The notes under the pieces are model-generated. The model saw nothing but the letters and a program-made list of their open reading frames with translations. It was not told the DNA's origin and made no database searches. The position numbers and the translations under genes are program-made. DNA of 64,000 bases, from the NCBI GenBank assembly GCA_965200965.1, contig OZ241744.1, positions 3,008,001 to 3,072,000 of the forward strand, read 5' to 3'. Origin of the DNA: an uncultured Candidatus Binatia bacterium. Its GTDB lineage: Bacteria > Desulfobacterota > Binatia > Bin18. Positions 55,222 to 64,000 of the stretch are shown piece after piece. Positions within the stretch are counted from its first letter, which is position 1. Each line of letters starts with the position of its first letter.

Positions 55222-56391
55222 CTACAAGGTCTCGCTGTGTGAGACATCGGGTACGATGTCTTCCGCGGCCATGAGCGCCATCGTGCCATCCCGACGCACC
55301 CGAAAGGTATGCTCTCGCCAGCGGACGGTGTTCCCGCCCAGGCTCCAGACCCAAATCCCGAAGGCCATGAGGTCGGTGATGAGGACAAGTCCAAACGTTG
55401 CCAGGGGTAGCCTGACCCCCAGAAAATATCGGCCCAGCAGCATAGCCGAGAGACAGCGAACCGCCAGGGTCAGCCCGGACAGGACGGCCAGCGTTGTCCA
55501 GCCCGACATAAGCCCCAGCACGGCCCAGACCGTGCCATACGTCACCAGGGTGCCCACATAGCCGACCGGGCGGCACAGGCGTTGGGTTCGCGCCCAGCGC
55601 ATCTGGTGGGAGACCAGTTCCCGCAGGCTGGCCACGTCGGGATAGGTTTCGACGACATAGGGCAGGATGCGCACCCGGTAGCCGGCCCGGCGGGCAAAGT
55701 TCCCCAGATAATAATCATCGGCCAGATAATCGGCCAGGGCCGCAAAGCCCCCGATAGCCTTAGTACACGAATGTGTCACGGCCACGCTTGCCCCAAAGGC
55801 GTAGCTGGTCCGCTCGACCTGGCTGGCAAGCAGGACGGCAGGCATGAAAGAGGTGTTGATCAGCACCGATTCGAGCAGGGCCGGCAGGGGCTGGCGAGCG
55901 ACGCTGCGGTAGGGACAGGTCACGACTCCGACCCGTGGACCGCTCAGGGGTGGAATGATGCGCCGCAGGTAGTCCGCGGCGACCTGCACATCGCTGTCGC
56001 TGATGACAAAAATGTCGTATTTGGCCCGCTGTGACAGCGCGTGCAGGGTGTTCACCTTCTGATTGCTCCCGACCGTCTCAGGATCGACGACCAGCACAAT
56101 ATCGCACTCTGGGAAGTCGTGCTGGAGGTGTTGGACGACCGTGATGGCGGGATCGAGCGGGTCGCGTACACCAAACAACAGTTGAAAGGCAGGGTAATCA
56201 ATACGGCAGAAACTCGCCAAATGCGCGTACAGGTCGGGCGTTGCCCCCTTGAGAGGCTTCAGGATGGACACCGGCGGGCAGGCTGCTAGGGGGGTGGGAC
56301 GCGGTCGAAATAGTCGCCAGGCGGCATACACGGACAAGAGGTAATACGCCCAGGCAGCACACAGCAAAACGGCGAGGAGGATCGTAAGCAT
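55222..56391 (-). CDS. hpnI: Bacteriohopanetetrol glucosamine glycosyltransferase HpnI (GT2)
   Basis: 'SILKPLKG', 'GSNQKV', 'ISDSD', 'LADDY', 'HQMRWART'. Confidence 0.85.
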   Translation of the reverse strand: MLTILLAVLLCAAWAYYLLSVYAAWRLFRPRPTPLAACPPVSILKPLKGATPDLYAHLASFCRIDYPAFQLLFGVRDPLDPAITVVQHLQHDFPECDIVLVVDPETVGSNQKVNTLHALSQRAKYDIFVISDSDVQVAADYLRRIIPPLSGPRVGVVTCPYRSVARQPLPALLESVLINTSFMPAVLLASQVERTSYAFGASVAVTHSCTKAIGGFAALADYLADDYYLGNFARRAGYRVRILPYVVETYPDVASLRELVSHQMRWARTQRLCRPVGYVGTLVTYGTVWAVLGLMSGWTTLAVLSGLTLAVRCLSAMLLGRYFLGVRLPLATFGLVLITDLMAFGIWVWSLGGNTVRWREHTFRVRRDGTMALMAAEDIVPDVSHSETL

Positions 56392-56407
56392 AAGAGCGGG
56401 CGGACGG

Positions 56408-56434
56408 CCGGAGGGGAAGGCTCAGCCCCTCCGG
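56408..56434. other. 9-bp hairpin between hpnJ and hpnI
   Basis: CCGGAGGGG-aaggctcag-CCCCTCCGG. Confidence 0.45.
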
Positions 56435-56444
56435 GCACGGTGTC

Positions 56445-57890
56445 CTAGGCGGCTGGTGCGGTGCTCTTGCCGGCCATCTGACGCCGGGTGCGCATGGTCC
56501 GAAAAAAATCTTTGCCTTCTTGCCACATCCGTTTGCGTTCCTCGGGGTTGGCGACCATCTTTTTCACGGCTTTGACGATGTAGCGGGGACGCAGATAGTA
56601 GGAGGTGTAAAACCGCTCAACCGTCGAGAAGATCTCCTCGCTCGACAGGTGGGGGTAGTTAATGACGCATTGCTGATAGCCCGTCTCGTCCACCATGTCT
56701 TCCGGTTTGATCAAGCCGTGTGCTACGGCGTGGTCGTAGAAGGCGGTCCCGGGATAGGGTGAGGCCAGGGAGACCTGGATCGTCTCGGGGTTCATTTCCC
56801 GTGCAAAACGCATGGTCTCTTGCATGGTTTCCCGCGTTTCACCAGGCAGGCCGAGGATAAACGTGCCGTGAATCAAAATGCCGAGCTTGTGGCAGTCTGT
56901 GGTAAACCGCCGGGCGGTTTCGAGCGCAACGCCTTTTCTGATGTTTTTCAGAATCTGGGCGTTGCCGGACTCATAGCCAATCACAAACAGGCGCAGGCCG
57001 CCCTCTTTCATGATTCTGAGCGTTTCGTAGTCAACATTGGCCCGCGAGTTTGTGGACCAGCACAGGCCCAGCGGTTTGAGTCGCCGGGCGATCTCGCGTG
57101 CCCGTTTGGGATCCGCGGTGAAGGTGTCGTCATCAAAGAAAATCTCTTTCATGCCTGGAAACAGACGGGGCATGGCCTGGACTTCGGCAATCACGTTGTC
57201 CACCGAGCGGGTCCGGTAGGAGTGGCCGGTCGTGACCTGGGGCCAGAGGCAGAAGGTGCAGCGGGCCGGACAGCCACGGCCGGTGTACAGGGACACATAC
57301 GGGTACTGACAGTAGGGGCTGTTATACTTGCGGAAGTCGAGGTCGCGGGCATAAATGGAGCTTGCAAAGGGCAGGCGGTCCAGTTCGTCACCGGTCATCG
57401 GGGTCCGCTCGGGATTATGCACAATCCGCCCGTTCTTCCGGTAGCTGATGCCTTGGACCTGGGCCCAGTCCAGACCCTCGGCCAGCTCTTTCATTGACCA
57501 GTCGAACTCTTTGCGGGCGGCGATATCAATGGCGGTGGATGCTTGCAGGGTCTGCTCGGGCATGGCCGTTGGATGGCCGCCGACAAAGGCGACCGTCGCC
57601 CCCGGATTGCTGTCCTTAATCATCTGCGCGGTTTGCACGTCCATCTTGAACGAGGGCGTACTGGTATGCAGGACCACGAAGTCATACGCCTTGGCAATAG
57701 CGACGCTCTGGGCCTGACTCAGCCCCTCGGGCGGAGCGTCAAGCACACGGCTGTCTTGAATCATGCCGGCCGGGTAACACAGCCAAGTTGGATACCAGAA
57801 GGACCACACCTCCCGTGTCGCCTGATAGCGAGACCCCGCCCCGCCGTCGAAGTTGTCGTAGGCCGGGGGGTTTAAGAACAAGGTACGCAT
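56445..57890 (-). CDS. hpnJ: Hopanoid biosynthesis radical SAM protein HpnJ
   Basis: 'FDGGAGSRYQATREV.SFWYPTWL', 'RGCPARCTFCLWPQ' CxxxCxxC. Confidence 0.95.
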   Translation of the reverse strand: MRTLFLNPPAYDNFDGGAGSRYQATREVWSFWYPTWLCYPAGMIQDSRVLDAPPEGLSQAQSVAIAKAYDFVVLHTSTPSFKMDVQTAQMIKDSNPGATVAFVGGHPTAMPEQTLQASTAIDIAARKEFDWSMKELAEGLDWAQVQGISYRKNGRIVHNPERTPMTGDELDRLPFASSIYARDLDFRKYNSPYCQYPYVSLYTGRGCPARCTFCLWPQVTTGHSYRTRSVDNVIAEVQAMPRLFPGMKEIFFDDDTFTADPKRAREIARRLKPLGLCWSTNSRANVDYETLRIMKEGGLRLFVIGYESGNAQILKNIRKGVALETARRFTTDCHKLGILIHGTFILGLPGETRETMQETMRFAREMNPETIQVSLASPYPGTAFYDHAVAHGLIKPEDMVDETGYQQCVINYPHLSSEEIFSTVERFYTSYYLRPRYIVKAVKKMVANPEERKRMWQEGKDFFRTMRTRRQMAGKSTAPAA

Positions 57891-57977
57891 TCCCTCCTCC
57901 TTCCCTCATCTGTATCCACGTCACTCTCCTACATACCAAACAGCGGCCCGCCGGCATAGGGGCGACGGCCCGGCCGC

Positions 57978-59015
57978 TCAGGGCAGGGGCTCGGGCAGGG
58001 CCGGGGGATGCTCCCCGGCCCGCCAGGCATAGCCGGCGCGGGTCAGAAAGAGCAGACCAAGCCCGTTATAAACCGCCTCCCGCGCCCGTTTGAGGACCAT
58101 CAGGGCCAGCCCGGCCCCGACATCGATCCCGAGCAGACGACTCAGAAAGACCCCGGTGGTCTCTCTGACGCCGAGTGCACCGGGAATGACCAGGGCCGCG
58201 GCCGTCATGGGTTGCAGCATGGACTCAAGAATCAGTGCCTCGACCGGACTGACGCGGATACCGATCAGGGCAAAGATGACCCAGATTTCGACCGCGCCCA
58301 GCACCCAGCCCAACAGGTGGTAGAGGGTCGCGGCAAGAAAGGTGTGCGGCTTGCTGTCGTACAACTGGAGGAGCTGGGCGTCGATGCGCCGCGCGCCGGC
58401 TTCCCAGCGTTGCGGGGCCGACCAGTGTGGAAACCAGCGTCCCAGACCCCGGACGAGCTTTTCCATCAGACCGCGCCGCTGCCAGTGGATCAGACCCAGG
58501 ACAAAGCCGCAGGAGACGGCCAGCAGCAGACCCATCACCCACCAGCCGTGCAGCCCCCAGCCAAAGCGAAACAGAAAAAACGGCAGGCCGATAAGAATAA
58601 AGATGACCTGAGAGACGGTCAGCGCGGTTTTGGCCGCCACAACCGAGGCCATGCCCACCTCGGGACGAATCCCACGCCGGCGCAGCAGATAAACCTTGAA
58701 GGCTTCGCCGCCGATGGAGGCAGTCGGGGTGAGATTGTTTACCGCCTCTCCGGCAATCCGGCTCAGCGAGAAATACCACAGCGGGATGGGCCGGACAGCG
58801 GCGTCTTGGGGAACCAGCCACGACCAGCCCTTGGCATCACACGCGGCAATGGCGGCGTAGGGCAGGAGGACAAGTGGGGCGAACCAGCCCAGCCGAACCG
58901 TGTGGCTGGCAACATCGGACAGCCCGACCGTCCACACCAGGACGCCGAGCAGCCCCAGACCAAGCGATACGGACAGCAGTTGAATGCCACGGTGTTTTCG
59001 TGCGCTGGTGGTCAT
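57978..59015 (-). CDS. HpnL-like / lysylphosphatidylglycerol-synthase TM (flippase-like) protein
   Basis: 'GEAVNNLTPTASIGGE', 'PGALGVRE', 'KRARE'; upstream of hpnJ. Confidence 0.75.
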   Translation of the reverse strand: MTTSARKHRGIQLLSVSLGLGLLGVLVWTVGLSDVASHTVRLGWFAPLVLLPYAAIAACDAKGWSWLVPQDAAVRPIPLWYFSLSRIAGEAVNNLTPTASIGGEAFKVYLLRRRGIRPEVGMASVVAAKTALTVSQVIFILIGLPFFLFRFGWGLHGWWVMGLLLAVSCGFVLGLIHWQRRGLMEKLVRGLGRWFPHWSAPQRWEAGARRIDAQLLQLYDSKPHTFLAATLYHLLGWVLGAVEIWVIFALIGIRVSPVEALILESMLQPMTAAALVIPGALGVRETTGVFLSRLLGIDVGAGLALMVLKRAREAVYNGLGLLFLTRAGYAWRAGEHPPALPEPLP

Positions 59016-59058
59016 GCCGGCGGGAGGGGAGTCAGGGTCGGCGAAGGGACGCGGCCAA

Positions 59059-59448
59059 CTATTGCAGGGCGGTTGGCTCACTCAGGGTAAACTCGGCAAT
59101 CTGGACATCAAAGCGATCTCCCCCGGTCGTCACCATCTGATATGTCCCCCGCATTGAGCCAAAGGGGGTCGGCAGCGGACAGCCCGAGGTGTATTCAAAC
59201 GACTGGCCGGGACCGAGGACGGGCTGTTCCCCGACCACCCCCGGACCTTTGACTTCCTCCACATGGCCGGTTGCGTCGGTAATAATCCAGTGGCGGGTGA
59301 GCAACTGGACGGTCTCGCTGCCCTGGTTTGAAATCTGGACCGTGTACAAAAAGAACCACTGATTCAGCTGCGGCATAGAGCGGCTGGGATCGTACTGGGT
59401 CCTGACCCGGATCCGAATGCCTTTTGTGACTGCTTCAGACCGTGCCAC
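59059..59448 (-). CDS. apaG: ApaG (DUF525)
   Basis: 'VQLLTRHWIITD...GPGVVGEQP...FEYTSGCPL.TPFGSM'. Confidence 0.95.
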   Translation of the reverse strand: MARSEAVTKGIRIRVRTQYDPSRSMPQLNQWFFLYTVQISNQGSETVQLLTRHWIITDATGHVEEVKGPGVVGEQPVLGPGQSFEYTSGCPLPTPFGSMRGTYQMVTTGGDRFDVQIAEFTLSEPTALQ

Positions 59449-59893
59449 GCCCCACCTCTTTGTGCGGAGACACTCGCGTATTCATATGGGCCGCAATGGC
59501 CTCGGCCAGTCGGGTGCCGTCCTCAGCGTTCAATGCGCCGGCTGGCCAGTCAATGCCAAGGCCAGAGCCGTTGGAGAGCTTCGGGATGATATGAAAATGC
59601 ACATGCCCGACAGCCTGATGGGCGGCCGCACCGTTGTTCTGGAGCACATTGAAATCCCGTGCGCCGGTTGCCCGCAGCACTGCACGACTCAGCCGGGGCA
59701 AGACCCGCCCCAAGGCGGCCGCGGAGTCGTCCGACAACTGATCGAGGGTCTCGGCCGGCTCTTTGGGGATGAGCAGGGTATGCCCCGTGCTGAGCGGACC
59801 GGTGTCCAGAAAAGCCAGGACCTTGCTATCCTCGTACACCCGATGACAGGGAATGTCCCCGGCCAGAATGCGGGTAAAAATCGTGTCAGGCAT
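59435..59893 (-). CDS. HIT family nucleotide-binding protein
   Basis: 'TIF.RI.AGDIPC', 'GHTLLIPK', 'HVHFHII'. Confidence 0.92.
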   Translation of the reverse strand: MPDTIFTRILAGDIPCHRVYEDSKVLAFLDTGPLSTGHTLLIPKEPAETLDQLSDDSAAALGRVLPRLSRAVLRATGARDFNVLQNNGAAAHQAVGHVHFHIIPKLSNGSGLGIDWPAGALNAEDGTRLAEAIAAHMNTRVSPHKEVGRGTV

Positions 59894-59940
59894 GTGGCAA
59901 GCGTAGCCCAAGCCCTGGGGGTACACCAGCCCCCGGTGTC

Positions 59941-60738
59941 TCAACGCCCGCGAAAAACCGGCGGGCGCTTCTCTACAAACGCGGCTACGCCCTCTTTGTG
60001 GTCATCGGTCTGGCCGCAGCGTAGATGCGTCTCGGCCTCGCGGTCCAGCATGGTCCTGAAATCGACCGTGGTCGAGGCGTTGATATTGGCCTTCATATAG
60101 CGGTAGCTGACCAGCGGGCCTGAGGCTATCCGCTCGGCAATCGCCATTGCCTCTTCCATCAGCCTGTCATGCGGGAACACCCGATTCACCAAGCCGAGGG
60201 CCTGAGCTTCCTGGGCCGAAATCATATCGGGCAAAAAGAACAGCTCTTTGGCCTTGGCCTGACCGACCAGATTCGTCAGTTGCCAAGTCGTGCCGTAATC
60301 TCCGCCGTAGCCGACCCTTGCATAGGCCGTGCCAAAGCGCGCCTGCTCAGACGCCAAGCGCAGATCGCACGACAGGGCCAAGCCCAGTCCGGCCCCGGCC
60401 GCCGGCCCGTTCACCACCGCGATGACCACCTTGGGACAGGTGTGCAGCAGCCAAGGCAGGCTGTGGGCGCGGCGCAGTTCGTCGATATTGTCTTCCAGGG
60501 TTGAGGTTTTTTTGCCAATCTCGGTACCTTTGTACATGGCCGAGACATCCCCGCCGGCACAGAATCCGCGCCCGGCCCCCGTCAGAACCACCGCTCCTAC
60601 ATCCGGGTCGTGCATCCATTCTTGAAGCGTTGCCACCCCGATGTCACCCATCTGGCGGGTCAGGGCGTTCAGTTTGTCCGGGCGGTTCAGGGTCAGGATA
60701 CCCACGCGATTTTTGACACGCACCTCGAGAGCTACCAT
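59941..60738 (-). CDS. Enoyl-CoA hydratase/isomerase
   Basis: 'LNRPDKLNAL', 'GFCAGGDV', 'NGPAAGAG', 'EKRPP.F.GR'. Confidence 0.92.
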   Translation of the reverse strand: MVALEVRVKNRVGILTLNRPDKLNALTRQMGDIGVATLQEWMHDPDVGAVVLTGAGRGFCAGGDVSAMYKGTEIGKKTSTLEDNIDELRRAHSLPWLLHTCPKVVIAVVNGPAAGAGLGLALSCDLRLASEQARFGTAYARVGYGGDYGTTWQLTNLVGQAKAKELFFLPDMISAQEAQALGLVNRVFPHDRLMEEAMAIAERIASGPLVSYRYMKANINASTTVDFRTMLDREAETHLRCGQTDDHKEGVAAFVEKRPPVFRGR

Positions 60739-60821
60739 GTCCTTGGCCTCCTTTCCAGTACACGCTTGCACTCTAGCGTATACTGGGCGTAAAGGAAAAG
60801 GGTGCGAAAAAGGAGGCTGGT

Positions 60822-61448
60822 ATGACTACTGTTGATTCCCACCGTATTGCGACCGTGGACGAACTGCGGACCATTATTGGCACGCCCAGCGAACTCGTGC
60901 CCCACAAGCTGTGGACCGCCCTGGACGACACTTGTGTGGATTTTATTCAGCGCTCGCCCTTTCTCCTGCTGGCAACCTCGGACGCCGAGGGGAACATGGA
61001 TGTGTCGCCCAAGGGCGACGGCCCCGGCTTTGTCGCCGTAGAGGACGCTATCACGCTGCTCATTCCAGACCGCAGCGGCAACAGGCTGATCTTTGGCCTG
61101 CAAAATATCCTGACCAACCCCCACGTCGGACTGATCTTTCTCATTCCCGGCACGGGAGAAACGCTGCGGGTCAACGGCACGGCAGCCCTCACCAGGGACC
61201 CGGCCATTCTGGAGCGCCTGTCAGCCCGGGGCAAACCCGCGGTTGTCGCCATCCGGGTCCACATCAAAGAAGTCTTCTACCACTGCGCCAAGGCATTGCT
61301 GCGCGCCCAACTGTGGAAGGCCGAGACTTGGCCGGAAAAGAGACCCATCTCGTTCGGCAGAATCCTGGCCGGCAAAATGGGCGGCGACACCAGGATGGCC
61401 GAGCAGATCGACCAGTTCGTGGAGCAGGATTATAAGACGAATCTGTAG
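60822..61448 (+). CDS. Pyridoxamine 5'-phosphate oxidase-like FMN-binding protein (MSMEG_1061 type)
   Basis: 'DVSPKGDGPGFV', 'PDRSGNR', 'ETLRVNG', 'HCAKALLR'. Confidence 0.88.
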   Translation: MTTVDSHRIATVDELRTIIGTPSELVPHKLWTALDDTCVDFIQRSPFLLLATSDAEGNMDVSPKGDGPGFVAVEDAITLLIPDRSGNRLIFGLQNILTNPHVGLIFLIPGTGETLRVNGTAALTRDPAILERLSARGKPAVVAIRVHIKEVFYHCAKALLRAQLWKAETWPEKRPISFGRILAGKMGGDTRMAEQIDQFVEQDYKTNL

Positions 61449-61455
61449 GGAGCCG

Positions 61456-62037
61456 ATGCCTAGTCACTTCTTCGCCTATCTGTCGCGCATGAAGTTCATC
61501 CGCCGCTGGGGGCTGATGCACAGCACCTACCCGGAAAATATCCAGGAGCATAGCTCACAGGTGGCGATGGTGGCCCACGCCCTGGCGATTATCCGTAACC
61601 GAGTGTTTGGCGGTCAGGTCAACCCCGAGCGGACCGCGGTCCTGGCCCTGTATCACGACGCCGGCGAGGTCCTGACAGGCGACCTGCCCACCCCGGTCAA
61701 ATACTTCAACCCCGACATCAAGACCGCTTACCGCGGCCTGGAGCAGACCGCCAACGCCAAGCTGCTCGGCCTGCTCCCCGCCGAACTCCAGGCCGACTAC
61801 CGGGCCTGCTTTCACCCCCGGGCCGCGGACGCGGCCTGCCTGGAACTGGTCAAGGCCGCGGACAAACTGTGCGCCTATCTGAAATGTGTGCAAGAGATGA
61901 GCGCCGGCAACGCCGAGTTCAGCCAAGCCGAAAAGGCGCTCAGAGCAACGCTGGAAGGTCTGGCCCTGCCCGAAGTGGGCTACTTCCTCAACACCTTTGC
62001 GCCGAGCTTCAGGCTGACTCTGGACGAACTCAACTGA
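61456..62037 (+). CDS. yfbR: 5'-deoxynucleotidase (HD domain)
   Basis: 'SHFFAYLSRMKFIRRWGLM...ENIQEHS', 'YHD..EVLTGDLPTPVKY', 'KAADKLCAYLKC'. Confidence 0.93.
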   Translation: MPSHFFAYLSRMKFIRRWGLMHSTYPENIQEHSSQVAMVAHALAIIRNRVFGGQVNPERTAVLALYHDAGEVLTGDLPTPVKYFNPDIKTAYRGLEQTANAKLLGLLPAELQADYRACFHPRAADAACLELVKAADKLCAYLKCVQEMSAGNAEFSQAEKALRATLEGLALPEVGYFLNTFAPSFRLTLDELN

Positions 62038-62575
62038 TCGCGCCGCGCAGTATGTCGCGCGGGCTGTAGCAGTCCTGGAACTCAGCGCAGGCCGCCTCAA
62101 AGGCCGCCTCCTGGTCGGCGCTCAGCCCCGAGGCCGGCGGTGTGGTACGCGCGATCGCGGCCCGCCATGCCGCCCGCTGTTCGTCGTCCTGGGGCAGGCC
62201 GATGGTATAATGGGTCGTACAGTCGGCGCTCAGGAAGATGACGGCCAGGCGCTTCTGGCAGGGCAGTTTGTCAAGCAGCGTGGCGTCTGCAACTTGGCAC
62301 GGGTTCACGCAGAATAGTCCGGCCTTTGTCTCACCACAGCTCGGATATAACTGATAGGCGACAGCCGCCAGCCACACCCCCCGGCTGCTCTGCCAGCTAC
62401 ACAAGGCCACGGCGACCGGAAGGCCGGCCTCAACAAACCACTCCAATTCCTCAACCCGAACGACCAGGGCCAGCTCGTCCGTCCCCTCCCGCTCAATGAA
62501 GCGGGCCGAATACAGCGGCTCAGCTTGCAGCAGCAGCCAACTGTCCCGGCTAATCACCACGCCCGTCTTTTCCAT
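62030..62575 (-). CDS. Hypothetical protein
   Basis: 181 aa, GAAGGA upstream of ATG, host-like codon usage. Confidence 0.55.
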   Translation of the reverse strand: MEKTGVVISRDSWLLLQAEPLYSARFIEREGTDELALVVRVEELEWFVEAGLPVAVALCSWQSSRGVWLAAVAYQLYPSCGETKAGLFCVNPCQVADATLLDKLPCQKRLAVIFLSADCTTHYTIGLPQDDEQRAAWRAAIARTTPPASGLSADQEAAFEAACAEFQDCYSPRDILRGAIS

Positions 62576-62727
62576 GCCAGTCCTTCATACAGGTCGCGCA
62601 GCGTTGTCAACCGCGTCTTCCCAGCAACTCGTGCAACATTGATATGGATTCTTCTTCCGTATTGCCGAGCCTGCGCAGCTTCGTGAGCAGACGGGGATTA
62701 AGCCGACTCGCAATCAGTGGTACTACA

Positions 62728-63667
62728 CTACTCGCTCAGTCGTAATTCAATATCTGCGGGATCAATACCGAACCGTTCCAGCAATTGTTTCGCCCGTTCG
62801 ACACTCCAATTTGCCTTTCCTGGTTTAGCACACCACATACCTCCGCTTATCCGTATCGGCTTCGGAAGTTTATGACGGTCTGTGTCTACACAATGGAAAG
62901 GTCGGCACCCTTTTATTTCCACGGGACAGGCACCTTTGGTCAAATTCCCTTTCTGCGCCAGCCAGTCGGCAAGACACACAAACATCTTCTGCCATGCCGC
63001 ACCCCCGCTCTCCATCCATTCGCAATCAATATCATTCCCTTTGAACCTGATTTTTGTCGGATGAGGATTGACCTTGTATAGCCCATGACGAGAATATCTG
63101 TATCTCTCCACTGAATCGAGGCGAATCCACTTGCCTGGTCGGGCAGGTTGCTGTGGCCTGACGAGGCGATGTATATCTTTCGGCGGCGGATGGCCTCGTC
63201 GCTGCTTACGGTAGTCGCTAATGTCGGTCGGCTTCAATCTACTGCATTTCTCCCAGCGAGTATTGAACCATTCCATAACTGATCCCACATCCTCGGTTTC
63301 AAAAACAGTTTCCTCGTTACACCCAAATCCTGCCTCTGTGAAATTCGCGCTGCCAATCCAGGCAACCGATTTCTTCGGTCTTTGGAAAATGTACACCTTG
63401 GGATGGAACATTCGACCCTTGCGGCCCACAAGGCGGAGTTCCCCGACTTCATTCAACCTTTCCAACGCCTCGGGTTCAGTGGCGTTGCCGAAAATTCTCA
63501 CAATGGCACCGAGGCCGGACTTTTGGCCGTTTCTGCTTCCTGACAGCATTTTCCAAGGCTTCCAATGCCTTCCCCGATGTTGCCCATGCGGTGGCGATGT
63601 CGATTTTATTTGCAAATTTCAGGTTTTTCTGAAACTGGCTTTGAATATCTTTTTCAGTCAGAAACAT
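62728..63667 (-). pseudogene. PLD (HKD, NgoFVII-like) nuclease-domain protein, frameshifted near 63510
   Basis: N-terminus 'IDIATAWAT...KVR' is in one frame; 'AIVRIFGNAT...FHPKVYIF...IGSANFT...NEE' is in another; low GC. Confidence 0.75.
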
Positions 63668-64000
63668 CAGCCTCTCCCAGTGGGACGCTTCCAATAAGTG
63701 ACCGAGTAATCCTCCCCCCCCTTACGACCAAGCCATCCTGATAGGCAAGGGGCACATCGCTCATAAATGTCTCTGTTTCCGTTGAGGTTGCAGGCTCCTT
63801 GTCGATCCAAGCGACCACACCGCCCTATCAGGCTTGATGGTAGCCCTAGAGTGATTTAGGGGCGTTCTCTTTCTATCATCCCTTCTATGCGTTGGCAAAG
63901 TGGCAGGGAGCTTCCCTTGACCACTCTATTTCCCTGCGTTGTCGTTTCTCCGTTCACATTCAACATGGACGCCCGTCACCAAGTCGGGCCGCCTGCTGAA

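Noticed and set aside
1-64000. Genome-wide TAG reassignment or pyrrolysine decoding
   Set aside because: Conserved genes (M18 peptidase, AEP transaminase, cytidylyltransferase, hpnJ) end in TAG at their expected C-termini, and no pyl genes or tRNA are visible

Overview
High-GC bacterial chromosome segment read with the standard genetic code (TAG, TAA and TGA all end ordinary genes). The gene mix of LLM-type oxidoreductases, DUF1329/DUF1302/MMPL lipid-handling modules, hopanoid tailoring genes and a recurrent secreted 'SGIGxISGWVC' domain is compatible with a Binatia-like deltaproteobacterium, but that is inference only. Layout: (1) 1-7.9 kb: housekeeping/catabolic genes, a ~1 kb tandem duplication of a TerB-like membrane gene and a BrnT/BrnA-type toxin-antitoxin pair. 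(2) 7.9-17 kb: TetR-controlled operon with two paralogous MMPL/RND pumps, a LolA-like protein and a 2xAMIN-fused outer-membrane barrel. (3) 21-35.7 kb: partly decaying defence island with a beta-class DNA MTase plus a short partner, AAA/DUF3226, and a type III-like mod/res pair. Cargo genes (TIR, HicB/HicA-like) lie between mod and res, flanked by GTAG-REP-like palindromes and a duplicated res start. The adjacent mod and TIR genes each carry one in-frame TAG. An orphan ParA pair and HicAB follow. (4) metH and a thiolase/DUF35/MaoC module. (5) 43.6-59 kb: hopanoid transport and tailoring cluster (MlaA-like, HpnM, HpnN, HpnK, HpnI, HpnJ, HpnL-like) with an embedded phosphonopyruvate/sulfopyruvate decarboxylase, AEP-transaminase-like, cytidylyltransferase, GT-C and methyltransferase block. 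(6) housekeeping genes and a frameshifted PLD nuclease. The best novel-system candidates are the phosphonate (or sulfonate) head-group block inside the hopanoid cluster and the mod-res cargo array with paired amber codons. All family calls come from motif recognition by eye; no database searches were run.
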